DNA from: Schizochytrium sp. TIO01
Lineage: Eukaryota; Protista; Bigyra: Labyrinthulomycetes
Assembly (NCBI GenBank): GCA_004764695.1
Contig: SMSO01000008.1
Coordinates: 372,001-436,000, forward strand
Direction: 5' to 3'
DNA: 64,000 bases
The translations under genes and the position numbers were made by a program. The notes beneath the pieces were generated by a model. The model was not told the DNA's origin. It saw nothing but the letters and a program-made list of their open reading frames with translations, and did no database searches. This document shows, piece after piece, positions 35,594 to 48,769 of the stretch (positions are counted from its first letter, which is position 1; each line of letters begins with the position of its first letter).

Positions 35594-38362
35594 TTAGTTG
35601 TACTGGCCCTTGACGCGCAAGTTCTTGGGGTCGAAGGGAGCAGAGTGCGACATGGTAGCATCGTGCATGGCGCCCTTGTCGCCAATCTGCCAGGTGCCCT
35701 CGTCGAGCCACTTCTTGGTGACCTTACCATCAGCGACATCGCGGCGGACGTAACCGTAAGCGATGCTGCGGCCGAGGGTGTGGCCGTAAGCGGTGGAGCG
35801 AATGAGACCGACACACTCGCCGTTGCGCCAGATGGACTCCATGCCGTGCAAGGGCACATCAGAGTCGTTGACGGTCAGGCACACGAGCTTCTTCTGGAGG
35901 CCATCGGCGCGCTGCTTCTGGAGAGCATCACGGCCAAGGAACTCAGGGCAGTCATCACGCTTGAGCTTGGAGAGAACGGTGAAGCCAATGTTGGCCTCGA
36001 GAGGGGTGTCGGCGTTGCTGAGATCAGCGTGCCAGTGACGGAAGGACTTCTCGGCGGAGAGAGAGTCGATGGCACGGTAGCCGGCATCGCGAACAGGGAC
36101 GTTGTTCTTGGCCTCGTACTCCTCACCAGCCTCACGGATGGCGCGGTACACATCGGCGGCGTACTCAGAGGGAGCGTGGATCTCAAAACCGAGCTCACCA
36201 ACGAAGGTGAGACGGAGGCAGTACACATCCTTGCCGGCGAGCTTGATCTCACGGCAGGTGGAGAACGGCTGAGACTTGTCAGAGAGGTCACCCTCGTTCA
36301 TGAGGCTCTCGAGGAGGGCACGGGAGTGGGGGCCCTGGACGGAGATCATGGCGTAGTCATCACTGTTGTCAGTGAGGGTGGCGTTGAAGCCCTTGGACTC
36401 GATGACCTTGTTGATCCACTCGAAGTCCTTGGTCACGGTGTTACCACCAGCGGCGAAGTAGTATCCAGAGTCATCCGGAAGGCGGGTCACGGTAAGATCA
36501 GCCTCGGTGCCACCACGCTCGTTACAGAGGGGGGTGTAGGTCACGGTACCGGGGACCTGCTTGTCCATGTCGGCACCACAGAGGTACTGAACGGCATCCT
36601 TGGCATCGGGGCCACGGAGGAAGAACTTTCCGAAGTAGGACTGGTCGAAGATAGCAACACCCTCACGAGCGGCACGGCACTCCTCGCCAACGACGGCGTG
36701 GTTCTTGGGCCAGTAGAAGGTGAGCTCCTCCTCAACGAGGTCAAGGTAGGTGTTGGTCTCGTGCTTGGGGATATCAGGGACAGCATCGGTGTCCTTCTTG
36801 GAGGGGGCAAGACGCCAGCCGCCATCCTCGTAGGCACCCCAGTAATCGTAGTCCTTGGGGGCGTTGTCGCTGAAGCGGGCATCATCCTTGGGGACAAACC
36901 AACCGGGACGCTCAAAGCCGTGGCGGGCCTGGAAGAAGCATCCGCGCTTGGCGAGGTCGTCGTAGAGGGCAGACTTGCGGGCACCACGGCCAGCCATGGC
37001 CTCATCGTGGGGGAAGACGATGGAGTAGGTCTTGGCGTAAGACTCGTGGGTACGGTCGAGAACCCACTTGGGGTCAGCGACAGTCTCGGGGTGGAAACGA
37101 GCACAGTCGAAGGAGAAGAGATCAAGGGAAGCAGAGCCCTCGGTGATCCAGGTGGCGACCTCGCGACCCATACCACCACCAAGCATCATACCCATGGAGT
37201 TGAAGCCGCAGGCGTTGAACATACCACGGACTCCAGGCTGGGGGCCAACAAGGGGCTTGTGGTCAGGGGTGAAGGACTCAGGACCGCAGACGGTAGACTT
37301 GATACCGACGGTCTCGACAGACGGGCAGCGGATGAGGGTACCCTCGAGGTTCTGGCCGAAGGTCTCCCAGTCAAGCTCGAAGAGACCGAAGGCAAAGCTC
37401 GGGTCAACGGCATCCCAGAACTCGGGGTTCTGCTCGTAGCCACCAATGGCCATGGCGTCACCCTGGGCCTTGAGGTAGATGGAGAGATCGTGGTCACGGA
37501 CGTTGGGGAGGCCACCGTGCATGCCGGGGATGTGCTCAGTGACAACGTAGGCGTGCTTCATGGCGAGAAGGGGAAGCTTGGCGTCAACCATGGCGGCGAC
37601 GTTGTTAGCCCAGGCGCCAGCAGCGTTGACGACCCACTTGGTCTTAATGCGGTGGCCAGAGGTGGTGGTCACAGCGGTAACCTGCTTGGCGTTGGTGCCG
37701 GGGGCAGCCTCGGTCTCGATGCCAGCGATGCCAACACCCTCAAAGATCTTGCCGCCGATCTTGCGAGCAGCCTTGGCGTAGGCGGTAACAATACCGGAGG
37801 GGTCAATGGTACCGTCAGTGGGGGAGTACATACCACCGTAGACGTCGTCAACAGCGATCAGAGGGTGGACATCCTGGATCTCGCTGGGCTTGAGAACGTG
37901 GCTCTCAATGCCGTAGTACTTGCCGATCTCAGTGAGACGCTCGTACTCAGCCATACGCTCACGGTTGGTGGCGATGAAGAGACCACCGTTCTCAGTCCAG
38001 TTAGCGGTCTCGGTCTCGACCTCGAGCTTCTTGCACATCTCGCGGGTGTAAGTGTGGAGCTCGACATCGATATCAGAGGGACGAAGACGCCAGAGCATAC
38101 CAGCACTGTGCCAGGTGGTACCGGCGGTGAGAGCATCCTTCTCAAGGAGAACGGCGTTGAGGCCGCGCTCCTGGAGGTGGTAGAGGACGGAGGATCCGAT
38201 GGAGCCACCACCAACGACAACAACATCAGCCTCGGTGGGGATATCGGGGGAGGCGTTGCTGGAGAGGGAAGCAACCTGCTGCTGGCCACGGACAGCACGC
38301 ACAGCGGCGCTCTTGGCGCGGATGCTGCGCTGCGTCAGGCCGCGAGCGGAACCGGAAAGCAT
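35594..38362 (-). CDS. SARDH: Sarcosine dehydrogenase, mitochondrial precursor (FAD-dependent oxidoreductase + GcvT folate-binding domains)
   Basis: 922 aa from the ATG at 38362 (the track's 38440 start is non-ATG). Arg/Ala/Ser-rich, acid-free presequence MLSGSARGLTQRSIRAKSAAVRAVR. Rossmann VVVGGGSIG. Covalent-flavin motif GTTWHSAGMLWRLRPSD, VCGPESFTPDHKP, SARDH-type YDYWGAY, GGTEADLTVTR, TFVGELGFE, DSLSAEK, FDPKNLRVKG. Strong C-ending codon bias. Confidence 0.93.
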   Translation of the reverse strand: MLSGSARGLTQRSIRAKSAAVRAVRGQQQVASLSSNASPDIPTEADVVVVGGGSIGSSVLYHLQERGLNAVLLEKDALTAGTTWHSAGMLWRLRPSDIDVELHTYTREMCKKLEVETETANWTENGGLFIATNRERMAEYERLTEIGKYYGIESHVLKPSEIQDVHPLIAVDDVYGGMYSPTDGTIDPSGIVTAYAKAARKIGGKIFEGVGIAGIETEAAPGTNAKQVTAVTTTSGHRIKTKWVVNAAGAWANNVAAMVDAKLPLLAMKHAYVVTEHIPGMHGGLPNVRDHDLSIYLKAQGDAMAIGGYEQNPEFWDAVDPSFAFGLFELDWETFGQNLEGTLIRCPSVETVGIKSTVCGPESFTPDHKPLVGPQPGVRGMFNACGFNSMGMMLGGGMGREVATWITEGSASLDLFSFDCARFHPETVADPKWVLDRTHESYAKTYSIVFPHDEAMAGRGARKSALYDDLAKRGCFFQARHGFERPGWFVPKDDARFSDNAPKDYDYWGAYEDGGWRLAPSKKDTDAVPDIPKHETNTYLDLVEEELTFYWPKNHAVVGEECRAAREGVAIFDQSYFGKFFLRGPDAKDAVQYLCGADMDKQVPGTVTYTPLCNERGGTEADLTVTRLPDDSGYYFAAGGNTVTKDFEWINKVIESKGFNATLTDNSDDYAMISVQGPHSRALLESLMNEGDLSDKSQPFSTCREIKLAGKDVYCLRLTFVGELGFEIHAPSEYAADVYRAIREAGEEYEAKNNVPVRDAGYRAIDSLSAEKSFRHWHADLSNADTPLEANIGFTVLSKLKRDDCPEFLGRDALQKQRADGLQKKLVCLTVNDSDVPLHGMESIWRNGECVGLIRSTAYGHTLGRSIAYGYVRRDVADGKVTKKWLDEGTWQIGDKGAMHDATMSHSAPFDPKNLRVKGQYN

Positions 38363-39478
38363 TTTCCTTAAGATTTGTAAAAAACTAGCCTCCTGTGTTG
38401 GTTGCAAAATGTCAAATTCAAATGCGGCACTGTTAGTCAACGAAATGTTCCTCTCGAACTTTTTGCCAAAATGCGACCGACCACGATTTAATGGCCTGCA
38501 TGATTTGGATATATAAGTAGGGCCGCATCATTTCTTCACATCTTAGCATCGTGCGATCTTTCACAGCATGGATTTGAAGGAATGTAAGCTTTGCGGCAGT
38601 CCTTAGCAAGCACACCTAAACCAGAATAGATTCGAACGAATGAGCATGACCTCATCCAAAGCAGACGAACGACATCGATGAAGATGCATCCTAGCAAGGA
38701 AACAAACATTGATTGCGTCCTGCTCATAACAGGTGAGACCAGCTTGAATGAAGAAGAAGAGCACGACACCCAACCTCGACGACAACAAGCAGGCAGGCAA
38801 GCGTTGCAGAGGCCTGTGGTGCCGTCGCGAGTGCGTCGACGGGATGCGTGGCTAGCTACCTAGCTCGAGCTCGAGCTCAAGCTCAAGGGACGTACCTGAA
38901 CGGATCAGCGATCGACTGTCAACACTGTCGAACGCCGCCGCGCGACCGACCTTCTCGATCGATCGGCGAGGGAATGAACGGGCAATAGAGAACTGCTGCT
39001 CATGCCTCGCGGCAGCTGCTCCCGCTCAGCTTGCCCCTCCCAGTGGAGCACCTGCCATGTGTCCCCTGGAGAGGCCTCCAACTACAGCGTGTAATAAGAA
39101 AGACAGAGAGAGTAAAAAGACAAGAAAACGAAAAAGAAAAGAAAAGTAACCTGAGCGATAATGAAGAAGGAGGGACCTTTTAGCCCTGTTAAAAGAAGGT
39201 TTCCTTTTCATCATTAAAGGTTTTAAAAAATATATATATATTAAAAAATAAATAAAAAGGAAATAAATAAATAAAAGATCGCGGGCAGTAAAAAGAAAAG
39301 CGGCGCAGAAGTGGTTTGTTTCTTACTTTCTTTTCTCCCTCTTCATCTATCCTTTCTGCTATTGAAATAAACTAGCTATTTATTCAACTAATTTTAATTT
39401 ATGTAAAATCCTCTTTGCTTTTTAAAGAAGAGGTTATGTCTAAAAGTTGTTCTTTCTAGCAGATTTGTCGAAAGGCAA

Positions 39479-39520
39479 AGAAGAAGAAGAAGAAGAAGAA
39501 GAAGAAGAAGAAGAAGAAGA
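39479..39520. repeat. (GAA)n microsatellite
   Basis: Read directly. Confidence 0.93.
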
Positions 39521-42500
39521 GTATATTGCGCCCGCGAGCGCAGAGAAGAGGCGGAGCCGCGCTTATGACGGAGCAGAAAGGCGGCCATCTGATCTCTCTT
39601 CGACGGCTTTATATCTTGGCCTTCCACCAGTAAAGCCAATTTTGAGCTTTGAGATGATTTTCAAGTTGTTTTCTTTGCCAGATTGAACTAAACAGAAACA
39701 GCCTCTTCCAAAAGTAAATTCAAAATTCACTCGTTTTCTACTACAACAATGTTTTTATTTACTCTTTTTATTTATTTATAAATATAAAGTTCCTATACAT
39801 CTAATAAAGCAGCCTCTTTTCTACCAACATCCTGCTCCCGATTGAAAGGCATATGAGCTATTTAATCATCTCTACATCACATCGACCCCGTCCTCTCTTA
39901 GGATTTGAAGCACAATGTTTGAAATGAAGGCTGCCATCGAAGCTTTTTCTTGCGGCAGTCAGTTTCAACATCTGTGAAAAGAAGTTGAAGATAAACGCAA
40001 AGATAAAGAAAGTGTTCCTATCTTTCTTTTTTTCTTCTTTTCTTTCTTTCTTTCTTCGCCAAAGCGAGCTCCTCCGTGCTTTTCTTTCTTTGGCCGCCGC
40101 CTTTTGCAGCTAGCTCCTTCAAAGAACGCCGCTTGGCATAAGGTCTGTGCTAATCTGTAGTGGAGAACGGCAATTTTGGGCAGCAGACGAGCAAGCCTCC
40201 TCCTCTGCTAAAGCGGAATAGAACAGATTCTCTTCTCGTTGAAGAGGAGCGAAGAGGCGAAGAGAGAAGAGAACGGAACATGCTGCTGCCAGCGCTAAAA
40301 AGAATCTTTATCCCAAAGAAAACCGACACCCCCTGAAAAAGAAACAGCGCACACTTACTTGCTTACTCTCACCTTTACCTTTAAAAAAAATAAAAAAAAT
40401 CTACTTCAACGCCGCAGATCCGCGTCCCTTTTCTTTTCTTTTCTTTTCTTTTCTTTTCTTTTCTTTTCTTTTCTTTTCTTTGCCCCGAACCCACTTTTCT
40501 CCATCTTGAAGATTTTATTGTCTGACTTTTGTTGTCTCCTAAAACTAACAAAACGCGATATACGCTGTTGAGCGAAAGAAGAAAAGAAGAAAAGAAAATG
40601 TAATGTATTCACTTTCTCTGGTGTGTTTGCATGGTTTTCCAAAGTTTAGTCCATTATAGAAATAAACAATAACGCATAAAACCCCAACAAAGCCCAACAA
40701 AACCTATGCGAAAGGAGCATATTCTAAAAAGACAAGTTTCCGAGTCCTGCTGCCGCAGCTTCTAGTCAGCGGCTATCTCAGTAAGTACCACGCTCTTTTG
40801 ATTATCCAATGTTTCTGCTACCTTGTGGTGTGCGGGCCGTGGTATCGAGCGACCCCCGCAGGGCGACCCCCGAAATATACAGGTATTGAATTGGAATAAA
40901 GAATGACGGTGCTTTTCACTCCTCCTCCATGTGTGTTGTAATCACTCATTTTGATGATGATTGTTTTCAGAATGTCGGTGGACCCATCCGTGTTCGTGAA
41001 AGAACCTCTCACTGGAGATGCTCGCCAATCAGAGCTAGCGGAGTTCCCAAACCTTTTGCGATGGCAGCGATATCCATATCGCTACAGACGGCCGTGATCA
41101 TCGTGCGTGCTCGCATCGTTGTCCGATTGCAGCCCCCGGTGGTTAGGTCGCCTTGGGCGTGGGCTCTCCCGTAGAGCATCGTTCCCAGTCTCGCCAGAAA
41201 GATGTATGTCTTGTCCAAACCAAAGTACATCCACACAGAAAGAAAGTACAACAATGGATCTTTTCCAGTCAGTCACCTGTAAATCTAAGAGAACGAGCCA
41301 TCACCACAGAAGAACCTTCATACCTATTACTTTACTTGTTGTATGTAAATGCTGAGCCATACATAGATTCGTAAGATATTTTGTGCTTGCTTGTAGTTTA
41401 TATTATAATCCTCGTCAACACTACTTTAAAATGGCGACGATCTCGTTCCGTCGAGATCCTGAGAACGGGAACTATTGGAACCTGCTGCACCATGCTCCGT
41501 TCGCTTTGGCTCTTGATCGCCGCAGCCATTCACTCGGGTTTCCTCCGGTTCTCTCGGTTACTGATGATCTAATCTTCGGATCCGTATGCGACGGCCTATC
41601 CTCGTCAATCCCGGCACTCCACTCTTGACCGTGCAAGTAGGATCTTTCGGGTGAGGCGACGGTGCCATCCATCGTCATGGCGAGTGGCTTGGCGATGAGT
41701 TCCGTCTTGGCGTTGGATCTTTTCTTGATTTGACGTAATTCCAAGTCAAAATAATCCAAGCAAATGTGAACAAGACAAAAAGCTGTAAGCATGAACTTGT
41801 AATTCCCTCGACCGGGCGACTGCCTAGGTGGGTAAATTCGCCAAGGCAGCACCTGCTGCAGCAGCACTTCGTCCAATAACCGCGATTGCCCAGATTTCAG
41901 CCAAGGCATCGAGTTGAGCTCAAGAACTACAGCTCGATCCTCTTGGGCGCGATGGCTCTTGTCCTAACATGCACGTATTGGTACCAGATTAAAGAAACTT
42001 GCTTGAAGTTCTCCTTTCCACATAGGAAGCACCTAAGAACTTGCTATACAGTGAATTGTAAAACCCATCACGATGGACTTATTATAATTCCTTTCATTCA
42101 TCGAACAATTTACAAGAAGTGAGAACGAGACATACGCGGGACCCTTTTACGATACTTAGTAGGTAGGTATTTAGCTACCCGTTTTAATAATTTAAAGCTA
42201 AACTTTTAAAGCTAACTAACTAACTAACTAACCAAGTCACCCACTACAGAACTCTTACGAGCAGACACTGCGAACCGGCACGCAAGATGGTTCTGTGTGA
42301 AGTTATTCATATTGATTATATCAATTGCTTTGGCTCCTGCACAGCACATTCGTCGCTCGCTCGTAACGTGATGCACCGCTCCACTATAGGCAGGAAGGCG
42401 CTCCCGCGCATCCATCGAGCGCTTCCCAGCCAGGATTGAATGGATCAACGAATGAATGAATGAATGCAATCAATCAATTCCATCAATCTATCTATCACAC

Positions 42501-45171
42501 CAAACTTCTCGCCTGCTCAATCCTCCCACCTCGCCCCTTCTGGCCTTTCTCGCCTCTCAGTCCCGAAAGACAGCTGGGAACCCGCTCTCCCCGCAGCCAG
42601 TTTCCCCGCGGGCCTCCAGTTCCTCCGTGAGGGCGCGATGCCGCCTTGTCCTGTAAATCGTGCCTCTGCCCTCGAGTGCGCAAACTTCAGTAGGTGCCTC
42701 GCGCTAGAGAAGAAGAGTGGCTCTACGCGTAAAGCACGAAACCAAAACAACAGAGAGAACAAACTTATAAATGAATGAATGAATGAATTAATTAAAATGA
42801 AAGAATGAATGAATGAATAAATGATGATGATGATGATGATGATGAGCAGGAGGAGGGCGGCTCTCTCTCTGCGTCCTCTCGAGTCAAAGCGGGGCCGTCT
42901 CTCCTCCTCTTTGCCGCGAACTCCTCTTTTCTCTCCTCCCATCTCGTGCGCAGCTTCTGCGCTTTCCGCTGCGCAAGCGCCTTTTCTTTATTGTTCCCAT
43001 CGATCTCTGCTTTCTTTCACTCTTTTCCTTTCTCGCATTCCACTCATTCCACTTCGCGCACTTTTTCTTTTTCCTTTCTTCTCCTTCGTCTTTTTCCTCC
43101 GTGTCATACGCAGAAGAAGAAGAGATTCTTTCCTTTTACCTAAGCTCTTTAGTTGAATAAAATGATTAGGTCCCTCCCAAAAGCAAAGCAAAGTAGTAGA
43201 ACTGTTTTCTCCTTCGTCGTCTGTTTCTCACCCTTTTCTTTCTTTGCTTTTCACTCATCTCGAAATATGCTCTGTGGGTAACGAATCGCGGCGAACTGAT
43301 TCTTCTTCTTCTTCTTCTTCTTCTTCGCTTGCATGAGTGAGTGAGTGAGTTCTGCCTCGAAGGCGGCTTTCTCCTGAGAATAAATGATGAACTAATTGGC
43401 TCGAGATATCATAGAGGCGCTGTCTGCAAAGGGGTGTGAGTACTTTGCCCAAAGTGCCCCCACACACGCCGTGAGAAGTTGTGAGCGCGCCATCGAAGCG
43501 ATTTGAGAGAGATTGGGCCCATCGCAATTACAACAGAGATTCATTCATTCGTTCACTCATGAATATATTTTTATATAAACCCATTGTGTCAAAGCTTTCA
43601 CTTGGCAAGGCGATCGATCAAGAACGAGAGCTTTTCTTGTTCTTTCCCACGTAACATAATAATGGTGTGATGGCCCGGAGAAAGAAACGAGGGATGCAGA
43701 GCAAATGACTAACTAAATTGTCTGTACTTTTCTTTATCTATACATTCATTCATTCATTCATTCATTCATTCGATTGTTATTAATTTGTCGATTCATTTAA
43801 TTTATCTGTTTGGCATGCATAATTCACTCCGCATGCATGGTCGATCTCTCATTCCGCGGCCCACGAGAGGAGCAAACGAACCGGTTACTGACACGCGAGA
43901 GTGAGCGACGACGCAGAAGCAGAAAGCGCGCAACGAAGCTTGGCTTATCAGGAGTGCTTTCATTCATTTAGGCTCAGAACGATTCGCTCTATCATTCATT
44001 TAGACCAATCTTCTCTGCTTTTCGTTTTCATTCATTCCCCTGATAACTAACTTAACTTACGGTATCAGCACCCCTTCCTAAGTCCCTCTTCTAATCGCCT
44101 TTCCATTACTTTTAACCCAAAACAAAACTAGTTAAACAAAGGCCTCCTTTCTCTCCTTACTCTTTTAAAACAAAATTATAATTATAAACTAATCAGAAGC
44201 CCAACGATATATGAACAACAATGAATAACAAAACACTGCCATCCGCCTACAAAAGAAGGACGGCGAACGAATTCCGTAGTACTTTTGGTAGTTCCCTTTG
44301 CCTTTGCTTTACATCTCGTCCTAGTACCATCGTTATATCAACAGCATCATCGACTTATTTCTTTGTTTATTTCTTTGTTTATTTCTTTCTTTCTTTCTTT
44401 CTTTGATTCTTTCTTTCTTTCTTTCTTTCTTTCTTTGTGCGAATGTGTGTGTTTCCTTCTTTATACAGCCTAGTTTGATCTAATCTGCGAGAACATCAAT
44501 CAAAGAAAGCCACTGATAAACAGGCACCTCAGGATTGGTGTGTTTCTCCGCCGCCCTCGCACCTCCGCCAGCCTGCAAAGGTGCCTCAGGCGGTCTGCTT
44601 CTTTCCCGCCAGGCCCCTTCTTCTTCTTCTCCTTCTTCTTCTTCGCTCGCTCGCGCCGCCATCGACGGATCGAATGACTCAATGCATCTCCAAACTCAGC
44701 TTTTTATATATCTTTGATTCAATTAAAACTATTTTTCAATTTTAAAGAAGTCAGCGAAGTAGCACAAAGCGCGAGCACCTGTAAATCCCTAGGCGCCCTT
44801 AGGAGGTCCTAGCGCAATGTGGCCCATATAAATGAATCCTTTACGGTGAGGTGAGAAGCCAAAGCACGTATGCACGGAATCGATGAATGAGTGAGATGAT
44901 TGAGCGATAGATTGATTCTCAGACGGGCATCAGTGAGTCTCGTATTGCCTCTCACAGACGCTCTTTTGGCTCTAAGCGAGTTAGTTTGGGTGTCAGAGGC
45001 GTCGATTTGGAGGAGCAATGATAGAGAGAGAGAGGGATCCTCGGTATCTTTGCAAGCTTGGGGAAAGAAAGAGCGGGCGTAGCGGAGTCCTAGCGGAGTG
45101 CTAGCGCAGACCGTTGCCGACGCCGCTCTCTGAAGCTGCTGCCTTCACGGCCCTTTATCTCTCTCTCTCTG

Positions 45172-45232
45172 CTTTTCTTTTCTTTTCTTTTCTTTTCTTT
45201 TCTTTTCTTTTCTTTTCTTTTCTTTTCTTTTT
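45172..45232. repeat. (CTTTT)n microsatellite
   Basis: Read directly; similar tracts at ~40428-40481 and, as (AAAAG)n, at ~53341-53405. Confidence 0.93.
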
Positions 45233-48200
45233 GGCTTTTCGGGGGAGAAAGGAGAAGGTGCTATAGTATTGGGTAGATGCAGGATAGCTGGGTCACTGCG
45301 AGGCTGCCGCGTTAAAGAGGTCTGTCTGTCTGTCTGCAGTCGATTGGGTTTTCAGTTTATAATGAATTAATCGTTTTAAACTATACTTTAATTTTAAAGA
45401 GAAAACGATAAATGAAGAGAACGTGCGACTAGGACTCCGTTCGACTTTTCTTTTCTTTTCTTGCCTTTTCTTTCTTCTTCTTTTTCCTTGTTTTCTTCTT
45501 TTCTCTTTTTCCAGTATCGTGGTCTTTTCTTCCACCTCAAGGAGACTCTCGCGCATTGTGTAACTGGTAAGGTTTGGGGTAAGTGAAGGGGTAGTGGGAC
45601 CGAGGTACACACTGGGGAAGGCGAGGACACCTTGGTCTGGCGAGACGAGTAAAACGATCGAGGTGACGATGGCCATGCCGATAAATGCGCTATGATTGAA
45701 CACAAAGACCAAAGGGGGATTGGACGAGGGTGGATAACTAATTTCATAGATTCACAACAAGGATGATGGAACTATGCGGTTGATGATTCAGATTGAGATT
45801 CAAGCCATCAGGTGGAACGAAAGACTTTGGGAAACCGAGAACTGTTCGGCAGCGAACTAGATCTCAAAAGGGCTAATAACTAATTCCCTTCAGTTTTTAA
45901 AGTGCCCATGCAAGTTAAAGGAGGTTCTTGTGTTAGCGCGTGTGGGCAAATAAAGAAAAGATTTAAAACACCTTAATCACAAGTTCACTCTGAAAGTAGG
46001 TGTCTGAATCAAGTCAAGAGCTCTATCACACGCTCGCATAAAACGGAGCACCTTGTCAATCAATGCTGATCGCAAAAAGCGATAACGTCCTTCCAGTCCT
46101 TTTGAGGGAAAAAAGAAAGAAACTTCCAGCGGCGCACCCGCAGACTTAGAACAAAACGCAGCTTGATGGTGCGTCATCATGTGTGCGCCATGAAGGAAAG
46201 TATCAACCGCGATTTAGTTCGGGTCGCCTTTGACGATTCTGTTTAATCCCTCTTTCAACCCAAGGTTTATTACCTACCTATTGGTTTACTTTCTGTAAGG
46301 ATCAATGACGTACCAATCGGACCAGGCGTTAGTCTTCGAAACAAGTGATCTATCAAAGGCATAAGGAGTCAGTCCTTGGTCAAGCCGGGCTTTGACGAAC
46401 CCTGCACAACTATCAGATTAAATACCCTTGCAGGATGAAGAAGGCGAAGAAGAAGCAGACTGAGCCTAAATCAGAGCTGTGTAAACCATCGCTGACTCTC
46501 GCATACAACGATAATCATGTTGTCGTTCTCATGAACGAGGGATACCAGAGTGACGAATGACACCTTGGCTTCGCGTGCCGTAGTTCCGCCAGTGCTACTT
46601 TGCTGACTAGTAGGCGCCCTCCCAAACAAAAAATATTACCTAGGGATTCTCACAGCACAATCTTCCAGCTTTTATTCGCGGAGAGAACGCCCATGACAGT
46701 GATAATAGGAGGTAGATAGGACAGCCTAATACAGGTACTAGTTAGGCGCTTTGAATTATTGGCACTTGCGAAGCCTGCAAGCTATTGACTAGCATATTTG
46801 GTCAGGTATAAATCATGAGCTGAAGGAAGTATCGATTTTGCTAGCTAGTGCAACATCCTTGTACGTGAACTCTCCTTTATGTTGCTCGCACTTTATAGTC
46901 CCCAGCAATCGAGACTTGATAGACTCCACGGCTGAGCTCCGTCATTGGAATCCTAAGAAAAAGGATTTTACATAGTTGACTTATGCGTGAGAGGTTTCTG
47001 AGTTTCTTTTTAATTCTGGGTGAAAGCAAGGAAAGAAAATTTGATGCAGTCTTAGTGTTCAAATATGGTCGTAAGTAGTAAAACCTGCTATTCGCTAAAA
47101 CTGCCAAGTTTCAAACGGGGGGAAGAACGCACATTTATAAGAGGACAGTTTAGTGTTGCTTAAATAAAATAAGACATGCTCGCTCGCTCGCCAACATGAC
47201 ACCATACAAGGTTACAAAAGAAGTGTAGGCGTTAGGTAGATTCAAATCCCCATGAGTACACAGATAATTGTTGAAATACATAATGGTAGATAGCCGTCTA
47301 GAATTAAGATATTAAATCCGAACTTCGTTTGAGCCAACGGCTCAATAGACCAAAAGTTACTCCAAGCGAACATGCTTACTGATATTTCAAGATTGTCATC
47401 ACCCCTCCCTCCCCGGCCAAAAAAAAAGAGCTTAAAACCAGCAGTTGACTTTACGCAATTCTGCCAAAAGATTTGTGTGGTCCCGATTCCCGACTATAGA
47501 GCTTATGCTCGCATTTCGTCCGCACCACCATATTCGAAGCCAACATATAATAATACCTTTTAAAGAATCCAATCAATTTGAAGAGGCTGGTACGTGTATT
47601 GTTGTTGAGAGCAACCATGCTCATTCTCCACAATAAGAACACACAATCGTCGTGTAAATAGGTAAGAGTATTCCCCAAGTTGCCATGATACCTTCAAATT
47701 CGTAATATGACTTCTCGATGATTCTGGAAACCGGAAGTTAATATGCAGCGGCGGAATTGCACTGCTTTTTACTTTGGCTCAAGTTCTAACTAGGAAACTT
47801 AGTCAACATAAATAAAAACTGTTTAATCTTCATTAACTAGCTTCCCTGATCTCTGTATAAAGATATAAGCAACATTTCTACCTGTATCAAATTTTCTCAG
47901 CGCCTTGCTAGCTTCTTTAATTTTACTCTCAAGGGTGTGTGTGTGCCACCATATATTTAGTATGTTCACAGAGGCCCAGCATCCCTAGGTTGCAAAACTC
48001 TTTTCAAACAAAGTTTAACGTTTTAGCTACAGGTCTGCATTGCATGTACTTCTTACTAAGAACATCATACTAACATGAAAACTCTCTACTTATTTTGTTT
48101 TTCGTTTCATTTCAGTCTTTCAATTAATAATAATGAGAATGAGACTATATTAAATAATCAAAACAGAAGCAATTAACAGTAAGTACAGAGATTCTGTTTT

Positions 48201-48769
48201 TAGTGGCTAAGACTGGTTTGATTTTCAGTTAGCACTGGACATAGTCTTGTTGATAAGCAAAATTATGGAGATTGTCTGTAGATACTCTTCGTATCCATGG
48301 CGCCCAACCTTTAAACTTCGTCTACAAAGTTTTGGATTACTAAATGCTCGATGAGACTTAACTGGGGTGTCATTTGAGATGATCAATACCATATAGAATA
48401 AAATTATATTCAAATAATTTTTCTTTTCCAAAAGTCCTTTCGATAAAACCAGTCTGAGTAGACTGAACAGAGAGGAAAAGGGCCAACCAACAAGGAAGGG
48501 GTTACAGGTATGCGCCTTACAATGGAGCATAGCAATAGCAAGGCAGACAAGAACAAAGCAGCACACAAGCAAGCGTATAAAGGTAAGGAATGAAAGCAAA
48601 AGCAGTTGTGTAAAAAACTAGCAAAAGGGAATCACATATTGTAACAACCAGCAGACACATAAGACTAACGAGGAGGTAGAGCTAGGGAAGGCATGTTCGA
48701 GCACGTTCATTCATTCAACGGCTTGGTCCCTCTAGGGCAGCCGCCTCGTTGATAGGCGAGCGTGGTGGC

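Noticed and set aside
35645-38371. 908-aa + strand ORF antisense to SARDH
   Set aside because: Shadow ORF. The strong codon bias of the real gene (avoidance of TTA/CTA/TCA) removes antisense stops, and the translation is V/G/L-rich with no motifs.
38363-38440. 26-aa N-terminal extension of SARDH in the ORF track
   Set aside because: Non-ATG start; the ATG at 38362 begins a convincing mitochondrial presequence.
40800-42130. Cluster of short ORFs between SARDH and the DMGDH-like gene (possible third gene or transposon relic)
   Set aside because: No recognisable domain, terminal repeats or consistent reading frame.
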